A DNA stretch of 61,632 nucleotides, filler included, from Squatina squatina (lineage: Eukaryota), in assembly GCA_031763465.1 (NCBI GenBank). It is 3 parts of 3 records of this genome, joined end to end, with 100 filler letters (N's around TTAATTAATTAA, not from the genome) between each part and the next. Parts side by side here need not be neighbours in the genome. Positions count along the whole stretch, not along the records: positions 1 to 27,761 come from JARFOE010000234.1; positions 27,862 to 42,646 come from JARFOE010000120.1; 1 more part is not named here. One strand, written 5' to 3'. The notes beneath the pieces are model-generated. The model searched no databases. It saw only the letters and a list, made by a program, of their open reading frames with translations, and was not told where the DNA came from. This document shows positions 24,916-37,762 of the stretch, piece after piece (positions within the stretch are counted from its first letter, which is position 1; the number at the start of each line of letters is the position of its first letter). A program made the position numbers and the translations under genes.

Positions 24916-27300
24916 GCAGTAACTATGGAGCTAAATTTCCAAGGCCCACGTGCCACGATCCCGTAGGACTTACAGAAGGAGTGCGGTCGAGGGCTGGAAA
25001 TTCCCTGCCAGTTTCCCCAGAGTCTTTTTTGGGGTGGAACTTCAAACTACCCCTAAAAACAGACCCTGGTGACAGAGGAGTCATAGCCGGGATGGTGTTG
25101 GTAAGGAAGGGCTGCCAAGCTGAGTTTCCTCTGTCTNNNNNNNNNNNNNNNNNNNNNNNNNNNNNNNNNNNNNNNNNNNNNNNNNNNNNNNNNNNNNNNN
25201 NNNNNNNNNNNNNNNNNNNNNNNNNNNNNNNNNNNNAAAACCTCTCTTGTTTTTAAAATTGTCTGAAATAAACTGCTGTGGAGAAATATAGCTGCATTGC
25301 AGTGCTGCTGCACGCCATTTTCCTGATAGTATGTTGAACAGCAGTATATACGATTCGCATACTGCCACGTAGTTGAGGTCAATAACAGAGATGCATTTCA
25401 GGGGAAGCTATATAATTACAGGAAGGAGACATGCAAGCTTTGAATGTTTCAGATTGGATTTATATATGCTGCAGTGCATCATATTAGAAGCATTGAGAGA
25501 AAAAGCAACCACTGGGAACATCAATATATGGATTTACCAGTGGGGCTATGCATTTTAACATCACTGTAATGCTACTTTTGTTTGATGCTCTGTGTCGTTT
25601 ATTGACTGCTTAATGGCTTCTACTTAAATTCTTTGGTGCTTATATGGAGATAAACCTTTCTACTATTGCCCAAGTATCTTATTGACCAACACACTGCAGT
25701 GCATATTTGCCACACTCATTGAAAGTCTGTACTCGAGCTTAAGATAATGCAGTATTTTATTTAGTCTAAGTGTGAACAAACAATTTAACAGCATAAAGTG
25801 ATGTTTCAATGAACATGTTTAGTTAACCCATTAATAAATGAGTTTCTAAACAGCGCCTCCATTAGCATGCTTCTGGAAAATTCTAACAATTGTAGGATGC
25901 TATTTTCATCTAGTGGAACAATGATAAATGATATCAGTTAAAATACATCTTTACAAAATCTTTTTTAGCAAACTCTTCCTTCCCAGTGGTTGCTCGGTAA
26001 GTGCTACTGAGCCATCCAGAACAGGAAAGTCCCAAATTAGAGCCGTGATCTCTGCTAAGTTAACCAATTTCAGTTGGAGCAGCAGTGAGGTGGGAAGGGA
26101 GAGAGACAGCGAGAGAAAGACTGGTTCCAACATTTCAAGCTGGGGCACAGAAAATAAAATGAGCCAGGCTTCCTGCTCTTGATTATTCAGTAAATACTGC
26201 TGGAAATATGTATGTAGATGTCGGATGAGAATAGCTTTTGATCTCAACTGTGATGGCCTCTTAATAGCTAGCTCACCAATGTCCATTATCCAGGCTCATG
26301 CATGTAGAATAGCTGCTTCGATAAAATTCCAGAGGTTCATTCCCACCTTTTCGGGCTTTCTCTGCCTGTTCAGGCGAATGTATTTGATCCATTTGCTCTA
26401 TTTGAAGATGTTTTCTCAGTGTTCTGGCCAAAATTCCTCCCTTGACCAAACAAAATAAAACAGATTAACTGATCGTTCATCTCAGTTGCTGTTTCAGAGA
26501 TCTTGAGTGTAAATTGGCTGCTGCATTTGCCAAGCAAACAGCATTGACTGCACTTCAATAGTAATCACAGGTCGTGAAGCAGTTTGAGATACCCCGAGGA
26601 TATATGGTGGAATCATAGTGAATTCAGAAACAAGGGTTCTAAACTTAAAGAANNNNNNNNNNNNNNNNNNNNNNNNNNNNNNNNNNNNNNNNNNNNNNNN
26701 NNNNNNNNNNNNNNNNNNNNNNNNNNNNNNNNNNNNNNNNNNNNNNNNNNNNGTGCTATGTGTAGCAAAATTATAATTGTATTCTTCATAAATAGTCAGT
26801 GACTAAAAAGATATTTACCATTCAGACTTGTATGAATAAAAATTTATTGTGGAAAACATTCCTTTGCGGATACTCAGTTACTTTGCAGTAAAACTGTAGG
26901 CTAATTACAAGCCCTCAATACTATCCTGATACTGGGCTTTGCACCAAACGTTACTCAACCATTCTTTTAACATTGCAAAAGTCCACTATAGCACCATGTA
27001 CAGGTATAAATGGTATGGCAGGTACATGTGGGCACTTTTAAAATGGGAAAATGCCATACAGGAGGCTGACATTGTGTTTTACCATTCGTTTTAGAATGGG
27101 TTGTTAAAATTCACCTTCCAATTTTAATATATAATAGATGATTTCCCAGTTGATTTTTGCCTNNNNNNNNNNGTGATGATTCAGTTGTCACAGCTGTGTT
27201 TTATCAATTTGTCTTGATCTTTTTTTATAACTTTTCTGCTCTTAACTCTTTATAGTGACATTATCCCCCAATTCTTAACCTTTTTTACTTTTATTAACAG

Positions 27301-27429
27301 GGGAAGTATGTGAACCCAACCCTTGTGAGAACGGCGGCACCTGCATGACAGGGTTGGCAGATGAACCTTTTTCATGTGAGTGTCCCGATGGATTCACAGG
27401 TCCCAACTGTTCTAGTATTGTGGAGGTTG
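27301..27429 (+). CDS. EDIL3: EDIL3 (Del-1) exon encoding the first EGF-like domain
   Basis: Acceptor TTTATTAACAG and donor G|GTAAGT bound a 129-nt phase 1-1 exon translating to [42 protein letters not shown]. Recalled human EDIL3 is [42 protein letters not shown]. Confidence 0.93.
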
Positions 27430-27805
27430 GTAAGTGCAAGCACAGACCATGGCAACACCTCTTTCTTGCATGTCTATCTCTTCTTTAAACTTCTACCAGT
27501 CACTGAATGTTGACCTTTGTCATGTGACTACCTGGCTAATGTATTCGTGTGCCCGCTGTATTTCTGTGCCCTGTGTTGTCTGCATTTTTTAATGCTTGTG
27601 TTTGTCGGTATTTGCACTATTTTACAGAATTGTCCCATAAGAGTAACTGTAAAATGGTCCACTTGGAAGGTTTTACTGTGTAAAACATGTTTCTTGGCAT
27701 TTAGAAGAATGAGAGTTGACTTTATTCTCATTCATCAGGCCTTGACAGGGCAGAGGTTGCGNNNNNNNNNNNNNNNNNNNNNNNNNNNNNNNNNNNNNNN
27801 NNNNN

Positions 27806-27817
27806 TTAATTAATTAA
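27806..27817. other. Artificial six-frame stop linker TTAATTAATTAA inside an N gap
   Basis: A 12-mer with stops in all frames, flanked by ~44 N on each side and repeated at 42691-42702. Confidence 0.95.
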
Positions 27818-28189
27818 NNNNNNNNNNNNNNNNNNNNNNNNNNNNNNNNNNNNNNNNNNNNATGTATTGGATATAGAACAAGAGTTGCAGGGTAATCAAC
27901 CCATGGGCAAATCCAACACAATTCCCAATGTGCCTATCAACCCCCTCTCCCCAGAGCTAAGAGGTCAGCACTGCTGACTATCTTGGAGTGTTGGTTCAGG
28001 TTATGAGGAAAGCGGGTCAGCATATTATTGGATCCATTATTTAATATTTACGGACTAGTGGGGCTCAGAAGCTTGAGCATGAACACAACCAACTTTCCTA
28101 GCAGAGGTGATGATGTTGGACCTCTCTATGCTAAATCTAGTGGCAAAATCAGGTGTAGAAGAACCCCTACCCCCACTTATATTACACAG

Positions 28190-28356
28190 AAATGGAACTG
28201 ACAAACATAATGCTTATGAATGTAAGGAAGCTCCAAAGAAAAGTGGTAAAAAGAGTAAGTTACCCATGCAGCTAGATTTTGGTAACATGCTGGCTGTCCT
28301 AGAACAAAAACAGCAGAAGTCGTCCAAACACACCCCTAAACCAATAGTGCTTGCAG
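28190..28356 (+). CDS. SECISBP2: SECIS-binding protein 2 internal exon
   Basis: KKSGKKSKLPMQLDFGNMLAVLEQKQQKSSKHTPKPIVLA matches recalled human SBP2 KKSQLPVQLDLGGMLTALEKKQHSQHAKQSSKPVVVS, and is closer to it than to SECISBP2L. The acceptor ACACAG at 28189 is less certain. The donor is CAG|GCAAGT. Confidence 0.8.
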
Positions 28357-29413
28357 GCAAGTATTGAAATTACTCTTCCATCTCCTCCTCTGATCCTATT
28401 GTATATTTTGAGCCAGAGATTCCTTGCTGTATTTAGGGCTTTATGCATCTACTTTTGAAGTATTCATTATGATTCCTCATAATTTTTTATTTCCACATTC
28501 AATTGGATATTTGATTAGTTACTCAACAGATACGTGGTTATTTTGAGCCTGTGTTTTCTTTTCTGCGTGACATGCTCTGATGTGTGACACCTCGGGTCAT
28601 ACTTTCAAATGTGACCCCTTTCAAAGATCCGGAGCTATGAATGCATGCTAGATGCAAGACTTTTAATTATACAGATTCATAGAGAGTGCAATCAGTTTCT
28701 GTAACTAAGTGCAGCAGTCCTATATAAAAATCCTGCTGCTTGTGGAAGAATATGATTACAGGCTGTTTTCTTTGATAAACGTACTGCTCTAGAGGAAGCA
28801 TTTTAGAGGCTGTCTGCATGCTTTAATAAATGCAATTCACATTGAAAGTGCAATTACTTCGTCTTGTGGGTCGCAGAAACATAGTAATTAAATTTTCAAA
28901 TGTGGCTTAATAAACAAAGTGGATTTACAATCTGCTGAGTGTATCTTTAAATAGATGTGACAGTTATTTGCTAAATTCCTGCTCAATGGTTCAATTCACA
29001 GGAAATGTCTCATTGCTAGGAACATACAGTAGAGCTTAACTGCATAAAGACTGGCAATATGTTTTTTTTTAATAAGTGACTGTTTTAGTCACTGTAACCT
29101 TAACTCTTTCACCTTTCCTTTTTCCCTTCTCTCCCTCTGCTTCCCCTCCCCGACCTTACAAAAAAAAAATGCAATTTGTGAAAGGGAACACAGGTAAAGT
29201 TCCTACTGGAAAGTGTACATGTTTTTAAAATAAAAAATTGGCTAATGACAGACTTAGGATTGGTCATGATAGCATGAGTGGCTAGTTGGGTGAGGTACCA
29301 GATGGCTACCACCNNNNNNNNNNNNNNNNNNNNNNNNNNNNNNNNNNNNNNNNNNNNNNNNNNNNNNNNNNNNNNNNNNNNNNNNNNNNNNNNNNNNNNN
29401 NNNNNNNNNNNNN

Positions 29414-29660
29414 TCTCTAGTTGGTTCCTCAACGTATTGGTCCAGAAAACCATCATGTATACACTCCAGGAATTCCTCCTCCACAATATTATTACTAATT
29501 TGGTTAGCCCAATCTATATGTAGATTAAAGTCACCCATGATTACAGCTGTATCCTTGTTGCACGTGTCTCTAATTTCTTGTTTAATGCTATCCCCAACCT
29601 CACCACTACTGTTTGGGGGTCTATATACAACTCCCACTAACGTTTCCTACTCCTTGGTGT
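29414..29660 (-). mobile_element. CR1 LINE ORF2 endonuclease fragment
   Basis: GVVYRPPNS...VIMGDFNLHIDW...FLECIHDGFLDQYVEEPTR, the APE-type endonuclease motifs. Confidence 0.92.
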
Positions 29661-29689
29661 TTTTTAGCTCTGATTTGGCTTACAGAATG

Positions 29690-30070
29690 GGAACCTATGC
29701 TGGTGAGAAATGTAATAGACGGTGTTGAGTGGAGTCTTTTGGGGATCACTGTTTGGGCCCTCGTCATTTAAAAAAAAATCTAAATTGAGTAAAATATAGA
29801 AGCCAAATGTAATTTTGTCAGATTTGCTGATGGCACCAAAACGAAGAGTAGTCGAGACAGATGATGCAGCAAAAGACGCCGAGCATTTAAATTGGTTGTA
29901 TAATTGGACAGGCGTGGTAAATTTAACATTAATAAATGTAAAGTTCTAAACGTTGTATACTTGCGATGTCATTTTTGTCTAATGAATGAAATTGAATCGC
30001 CAGAAAGGCAAGGGACCTTGGAGTGATGGTGTAGCCTGAACATTGTGCCCAAGGAATTGATGGATTTTAT
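29690..30070 (+). mobile_element. Highly decayed CR1 reverse-transcriptase fragment
   Basis: Remnants of GS.LGP (GGATCACTGTTTGGGCCC) and FADDTK (TTTGCTGATGGCACCAAA). Confidence 0.55.
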
Positions 30071-31744
30071 CTCTCCTGTCTTTGCTTTTGTTCTGTGGTT
30101 TCTACTTTCCCCCAGTAAGTTCCACAATAGATCCATGGTCAGAAAATTGGACTAGCAACCGTGACTTTTCAGTAACTGCATATGCACGTTCTTGAGTTGC
30201 TGTTGGTCTTTTGAAATTTGCCTGCAGAATAAATGGAGTGAATTCCAGCTTAATATAGGCCTCAGCACATTGGAGAACTAGATCAAATGGAAGTATTTCC
30301 ACAACACTAAAATGAGTATTGCAATTGCTTTTGAATCCGGCATCATTGGCTGCTTTTTGAAGCATGTACAATTTTTGGAGTTAGAAGCTGGTTAAAATAT
30401 TGCCGTCACCTCCCTTCTCTGTTCCTTCCTCATATGCTTGATTTGCATTCTCCCCCCCCACCCCCCAACAACAAAAAAATGCTGAGGCTTAAATTCATTT
30501 TAAGAAATTACTGTGTGAAAAATGGTATTGGCATTTTTATTGAACTCCCCCTGCCTTAGATAAAGGAGGGGAAAATAAATCAGGATTCCCTTTTCAGATC
30601 ATCGAGAGCTCTGCTGCAGCGTAGATTTTTCATGTGATCTGATATGGTAAACTAAAATTCCAATAATATAGAATTTCTGGAATCTTTATTGGCTTCACGC
30701 AGTTTTGTCTAGTTATTAGAAACCTTTAATAGTGGTGAGTTTGTTTGGACAATCTAAGTAGCAGTAGTTTGACACGCAGCAACAGAAAGGCCACAGTCAG
30801 CTTGACTGCTCATTTTGTTTGAAAAGGCTTCCATTTATCTTTAGCTATTCATCAAACCATGAGGCTGGACAGACAGCATTTTATAAGGTTCTGTGTGTTG
30901 GCTTTTGCTCACTGGGTCCCTGTTGTACTGCTTTTTGTATCTTTCTTACATTTCCTACCCCAACTCATAAATTACAATTTCTTAAACTGATTTTTAAGCT
31001 GGAAATAGATATTTTTCAAATGTTCAAATACATCATCGCTCCCAGTCACTTTCCAAGTGACTCTCTGGTAATTCAATTTCATTCATTAGCCAATAACGGG
31101 TTATCAGATTTGTAGTTGTATCGTCATCATTGTTCCTCTTGCATGAATGTCATTTAGAGGCTGAGCAGTCTTTAATTGTTGCTAACATGAAGATTAGAAA
31201 ATCTTCATGAAACCTTTCAAAATTAAAATCATAAAATTCCAGGAACTGACTTCATGTCTGAGTTCAGTTTATGTATCCATCAAATTTCTGAGTAGTTTGA
31301 CATCTGACATCCCAGGTGTTCCCCTTGTGGAAAATATTGAAACTCTAAAGTCAGCAGTTCTTTTTTTGGGGGGGTAGGAAGGAAGATGATTGGATGGGTT
31401 TCAGTCTTAACGTGGGTGAGAAAAATTATGCATAATTATTTTGAGTCCAGGCAACATTTAAAATTTAAACACGAGTTCTCAAGTTGCTTTGGTTGTCTGT
31501 TGAAAAATGTTTTCAGTAGTGATGGTGGATGAGTAGGAATGACCACTTGATTGCTGTCTGTCTGGATTTTGAGAGGGTAAAATAATGAACAAAGCTCTAT
31601 GTAATCGGCATTGTCTAAAGTGCATAATTTCAATTACTTGTATTTGATACTAAACCGTAAAGTTCTTAAATGGAATCATGTTAGTTTTTTTCCCAGTTTT
31701 GTTCCTTTTTTTGTGCACCAACTACTTTACCTCCGCAAAAAACT

Positions 31745-31935
31745 GCAGATGCTATAAATTTGAAACCAAAGTAGAAAATTCTGGAAACACTTCGCAGGTC
31801 AGACAGCATCTGTGGAGAGAACAAAGAACCCTGCTTCCCTGTTGAAGGGCCCACACCCGAAATGTTAACTCTTCTGTTCTCGCCACAGATGCTGCATGCC
31901 CTGCTAAGTGTTTCCAGCAGTTTCTGCTTTTGTTA
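31745..31935. mobile_element. Palindromic Penelope-type non-autonomous element with ~51-bp inverted arms
   Basis: Arm 31773-31823 is the imperfect reverse complement of 31875-31925. The spacer carries CTGTTGAAGGGCCCACACCCGAAA. Confidence 0.7.
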
Positions 31936-33754
31936 GTTCAATTCTGCCTTATCCATAGAAAATTTGAGAATAGACGGCTGAATCTTGGGTACAGTTTTGG
32001 CTTTCCCTCTGCCTTTGGGTCTTCCAGCACTATTTCACAACCAAGAGGGTGAACAGGCAACCAGCACCCAGGTCTGGAAATTCATGAGCCACCCACAAAA
32101 AGGTTAGCGCTCTTTTGATTTCCCCTTTGTTTTTTTGAAGAAAAATGAAGAATGCCCAGACTCTCTTCGGTAGCTCACCTGGGATCATAAACTCTGATTA
32201 GTTGTGAGAACAGACCACACTGATGAACCATGCTATTTAAATTACTTGAAGAGAAATGCTTCATTTTGCATCTGAATCTAAATTAAAATAGTTTCTATGA
32301 GGTTAGTGTTTAGTGGCATATTGGTCCTTTTATGTGATTAGTTTCTGAAGAATCTTGATCCATGCGTGCCATTTCTTGATAGACTAGTTTGATCTTTATT
32401 GGAATTCTATTGTACCAGACAATATATGGTAACTTGCCTGCAATTGCTTACAAGTATATGTATGCATTTACAAGACTTTGTGTCTATTCCTGTGAGACCA
32501 CCTATAAAAACATTGTTCAGCTGCAATCAGCTCTTGCAGAAACTTGATTTCTGGAGCAGGTAGCAAGTGAGCGACCCTCACTGCTTACATGCTAATGTAA
32601 TCTTTAACTAGATCTTCAATACCGTGTCTAAAATTGCTTTTTAGATTAACATTTAATTATTAACCGCATTCTCCGTAGGCCTGCAGGTCATGAGTAGATT
32701 GCAGTTGCTCAGTATGCATTAAGTAAAGCCAATTGAGATATTTACTAAATGAGGAAGAGGCAGATGGGGAAGGTAATTTGTGTGGTATGGTGTCGACATG
32801 GCATAGTTTATTAGTGCTTTCTGCAAGGTACAGAGTAACTTCTCCATACAGAAATATAAAAATTCAGACTTTAACCTTTCTGCTGCTTCACATTCTTTTC
32901 TTNNNNNNNNNNNNNNNNNNNNNNNNNNNNNNNNNNNNNNNNNNNNNNNNNNNNNNNNNNNNNNNNNNNNNNNNNNNNNNNNNNNNNNNNATGAAATTGT
33001 TGCCAGTTTAAATGAGATTCACCTCTGGTAATTTCATGCCAATACCAATCAGAAGTATGCTAATATAATTTGATAGTACTCTCCTAGACAAACTTGCTCT
33101 CCCCTGTACTACTTTGTGCATGTTGCTTAATTCCAGTGCTCTGTCAAAAATATTCTGATATCTACAGTAAGTGTCTTGGGATGAATTTATATGTCAAAGA
33201 TGCTATATAAATGGAAGTTGTTGTAATCTCTGAAGGAGGAATGCAAAAGCTAGTTTGAAAATATACATGTTAAACAACTGACACAGTACCTTCTCATATT
33301 GGTGGTCAGTTGGGATCCATTTCCATGAATCTTTTCATACCAGTCTTGTTGAGAGTTGTGGAACATAAACCAGACTTTTCTTCACAGTGACAAATAATTG
33401 ATGACTTTACAGCTTTGTTCAGCTTTTAGCAACAATATTGAGCGTTTGCATGATTTTCTGAACAGTTCACCTTCTCACCACCCTGGCTGGAAAATCACAT
33501 GAAAATCCAAGAGAAATAAGATTTAAAAAAAACAATTTACAGAACAAAAAGGGCACACAATACATCAAAGGATATTACTGACTCACACAAGGGCCACNNN
33601 NNNNNNNNNNNNNNNNNNNNNNNNNNNNNNNNNNNNNNNNNNNNNNNNNNNNNNNNNNNNNNNNNNNNNNNNNNNNNNNNNNNNNNNNNNNNNNNNNGTG
33701 GACGTAATGGATCCCATGACCATGTCACAGGTTCAAGGAAGTTCTACTTGTGTC

Positions 33755-33960
33755 CTGGCTGACATTTACCCCTCAGCCAGCCAGCACCACGAGAAGCAGA
33801 TCATCTGGCTATTTATTTCATTGCTGTTTGTGGGACAGGTTGGCTACTGCTTTTCCTACATTACAACAGTGACTACAATTTAGAAGTACTTCATTGGCTA
33901 TAGATCTCTTTGGGACATCCTGAGGTCATAATAGGTACGATATAAATGCAAGTTCGTTCT
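33755..33960 (+). mobile_element. Deu-SINE (SacSINE1/AmnSINE1-like) central domain and L2-like tail
   Basis: TCATTGCTGTTTGTGGGA...TTCCTACATTACAACAGTGACTAC...AAGTACTTCATTGGCT...TATAAATGCAAGT. Confidence 0.8.
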
Positions 33961-35804
33961 TTTCCTTTCTACCCTCCTTCCCTCCCAGTAGCTATCAAAG
34001 CTGCGATTGCTCAGAAAGGATTAGATACAGAAGGAATCCAAATGAAGAAATTAGTTTTGGAAATGAAAGCAAGACCTCGCATTTATATAGCGTCTTTCAC
34101 ATTCATTGGCAGTCCCAAAGAGTTTCACAGTCAAATGGAGGGAGAAGCATACTATTGTTAAACTAGTGTGCTAGTTCGTTTTTCAGCTCACCGCAGGTGG
34201 AAAGTAATTCTCTCCAGCCTAGTTGGTGAACAGAATTTTATAGACCTGGTATTGATGCATTGAAAAATGAATTCCGTTTGAGCCTCCGTACTGTGATTTC
34301 AAGTGTCCAAAACTCTTTTTGTAGGAAGTGGAGTCTGGTTTTGGATCAGTCTTCAGAGAAAAACCCTGTTCGTATCGATTCTTGACTGAGGGGATAGTCA
34401 TGTTTGCAAAAGTAGAAGAAAGATTATACATGTACACCAGGAGGTCTATATCTCAATCACCTATTATTTGAAACATCAAGCTGAAAATGTGAGAACTAGC
34501 CTCCAGCACTTTTGATCTCTGTGGTGTATCCTCTGTGACCTCTGATGCAATTGCAAACCAGGTTGATCCAAGTCAAGCATCTCGTGCCAGTCTATTGCAG
34601 CTTTTGTATTGCTAAAATGGTGCTGTGCCAAATATGTTCTATTTATACATTTAGAGAAGGGATTGATGGGAAAAGCTAAATATTTTTCTAAAGTATTTGC
34701 ATACCTAGTAGCCATTTCTCTGCAGAACACTGACAGTCTTGTGAGCTGATAGACTTGGCATGGGAGGCAGTGGAATGGTGATTGTTGTGAGGGGGGCAGA
34801 CAGACAGAGAGACATTACCCCTTAACTTTAGTCCATTTAATTCATTGAAACGTTGTCCTGTAAGCAGAACTTTCCGTGTTTTAGTTCAACTCTAAGGTCA
34901 TTTAATTTGAGATGTGTAAGCAATATGTTCCTCCGTACGCCTGGTGCAGTCATCTAAGCTCAGCTGAATTCACAAAGACAGATTCAGTGGACCTGTCCCA
35001 TTCAGTTATAGTGTTAGAAGGCCACTTTGTGTGTGTGTATAAGTGTTTTTGGGAGACTGTCAAAAGCATATCATGCACAAAAGGTCTTTTAGAGGAATAT
35101 TTTACATTTTAAGCAGAACAGGTGGAGGGAGATTTGGTAGTGAGCATGCCAACAGTTTATACTGCAGTACCTGAATTAAACTATATTCCTGCATGCAGTT
35201 TTTAATATGACAAAACTAAGGTTGATTGTCAGTTAATTTTAAGTCAGATGGAATTAATAGAATAAACAATTTGAGAACCAAGCAGATCTTTCCTTCTGAG
35301 CATTCATCTCTGATATTCATTGTATCCCAATANNNNNNNNNNNNNNNNNNNNNNNNNNNNNNNNNNNNNNNNNNNNNNNNNNNNNNNNNNNNNNNNNNNN
35401 NNNNNNNNNNNNNNNNNNNNNNNNNNNNNNNNCAGCATATTCTGAATCTACTGTAGAGAAAATGTTTTTTTTGCATTATTGATATTTTTGTAAGTGGACA
35501 ACTCCTCTGCTGCAAATCAGTGGCATAGTAGTACAAATGCCTGTAATTTAGTTGTGTTGAAATCTCTTACCAGACACATTGCACTGGAACAATTTTTGAA
35601 GCAACCAAATGTCCTCGTGCTCACTCCAAATGCAATTATTGTATGGTTCCAATGAGTTGGAGCCAGTGAAAGCATGGACATAGAGGAGCATCTGGCTTGA
35701 GATCTCCTATCCAAGTATAAAACTTGATTGGTAGTTCATTATAATCTCATATAGATGGAACCAAATTAAGAATAAGCCAAAAGTTGCAGTTTTAGTGATA
35801 CAGG

Positions 35805-36225
35805 GTATGGTGGTGTAGTTATTTTACTGGGCTAATAATCCAGAGGCCTAGACTAATGATCCAGACGCCATGTGAGATCAAATTCCACCCTGGAAGTTTG
35901 AGAATTTGAATTTTTTTTTTTAAAAAGTTGAAATAAAAAGCTGATATCAGTGACTATGATGCTGTCAGATTGTTATAAAACAGGCAACCAAAGTCCTTTT
36001 TAGGGAAGGAAACCTGCTATCCTTATTCGGTCTGGTTTATATATGACTCAATGGCACTGTGGTTGACTCTTAACTGCCCTCTGAAGTGGCCCAACAAGCC
36101 ACTCGGTTATATCTCTGCTATACTACAATAGTTCAAAAAGGTCCACCACCACCTTCTCAGGACACCTACAGATGGGCAATAAATGCTAGCCTTGCCAGCA
36201 ATGCCCACATTCTGAGAATGAATCA
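35805..36225 (+). mobile_element. Near full-length tRNA-derived SINE
   Basis: tRNA-like head (GGTGGTGTAGT...GAGATCAAATTCC) and tail GATGGGCAATAAATGCTAGCCTTGCCAGCAATGCCCACAT. An inverted copy of the tail lies at ~52505-52572. Confidence 0.7.
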
Positions 36226-37153
36226 AAACATTTTTTATAAATTTCCCAAAACAGTTTGCAGCTGGAATGCTGCCATTTTATTTCGTACGTGCTTTAGGCC
36301 AATCACATCATTGGTTCTTGTCTGCTAATATTTTTTTTCTACTTTAATAGAGGCATGCTTTTATTTTGTTTTGGTTTTTCCCCTCCACTTTCTGTTTACA
36401 CCCTCAAAATAAAAAGTTTGCAAAGAAACTTCCATCAGCCTTGATCTACTGACTAGCATCCTTTCACTTTCAAATATTTCAATTCATGTATTAAATGTCG
36501 GCTGATGTATACTGCGTACATTGCAGAGGAGATGGTTTGGCAAAGGGTTTCATCTTTACAATGCTTTATAGAGAGATCATGCGTATTCAGTCCTAGTTGT
36601 TAACTAGGCAGAGTGTAACCAATGTAAGCACTGCCCTTTCATAGTGTGTTGTAAACTGCTTTAAGTGGTCATATTGCAAATGAGAACAGTAATTTTAAAT
36701 GGTTCTGTCGTGCAGCATGCTTAATAATATTTTGCACTTTCATTTATTTAACTCCTTAATGTGTTGAAACATCTCAAAGCCCTTTACACACTGAACTGCT
36801 TTTGGACTGCTTCATGTCAGTAAACTTCATGTCTGCTCCTCTTGGATTATTTGAAAGTTAATCATTTATTTCTGTTTGAAAGTGATCAATTCATTCAGCC
36901 TGAGCTCAATACCCAAAAATGTCCTTTTATTAAAATTTCAGCTAATCTCCAGGCAAAAGAATGGGGAATACTATTAAAAAGATCTAACATTGCATGGCTG
37001 AATACCCTGTGTAACTAGAATTCTCGGGTTTTGAGGAATTTTGTAGTTTTAATGAGTTAGTACTCAGAACCTTACCTGCACAAAGAATTGTGTGCCAGTA
37101 TCATTTTGGGCAGTCCACCATTTGAAATGTTATCATTTTCCTTTTTTTCTTAA

Positions 37154-37348
<195 letters not shown>

Positions 37349-37586
37349 TAGGGGGGTGTTTCAATACTGCTATGGTGATGATTGTCCTCCCACATTTTGA
37401 TTGGTTCTTTCCTGTATGTACAATAACAAATCCAAACAACCAAAAAGAAATGCAAGAGTTTTAGCTATTTCTAAAAAAAAAAATANNNNNNNNNNNNNNN
37501 NNNNNNNNNNNNNNNNNNNNNNNNNNNNNNNNNNNNNNNNNNNNNNNNNNNNNNNNNNNNNNNNNNNNNNNNNNNNNNNNNNNNNG

Positions 37587-37762
37587 AGCAATATAATCAG
37601 ACAGAATTTGAGACTGAGCCACAAAAGGAGATGTTTGGATAGGTGACCGAAAGCTGGGTCAAAGAGGTAGGTTTTAAAGGAGTGAGTTAGAGGGGGAGAG
37701 TGAGGCGGAGGGAATTCCAGAGCTTGGGGCATAGGCAGCTGAAGGTATGGCTGCCAATGCAA
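37587..37762 (-). mobile_element. L2-type LINE 3' fragment
   Basis: GGTGACCGAAAGCTGGGTCAAAGAGGTAGGTTTTAAAGG...GGAATTCCAGAGCTTGGG; the minus strand reads FKTYLFDPAF. Related to 43610-44000. Confidence 0.7.

Noticed and set aside
27806-27817. TTAATTAATTAA as a biological repeat or CRISPR-like element
   Set aside because: It sits inside N runs at two places and has stops in all six frames, so it is a scaffolding linker.
28107-28367. 86-aa ORF as a standalone gene
   Set aside because: It is an internal SECISBP2 exon plus read-through into flanking intron sequence.
34219-34437. 72-aa minus-strand ORF
   Set aside because: It has no recognisable domain or clear splice boundaries, and its length is within chance expectation.
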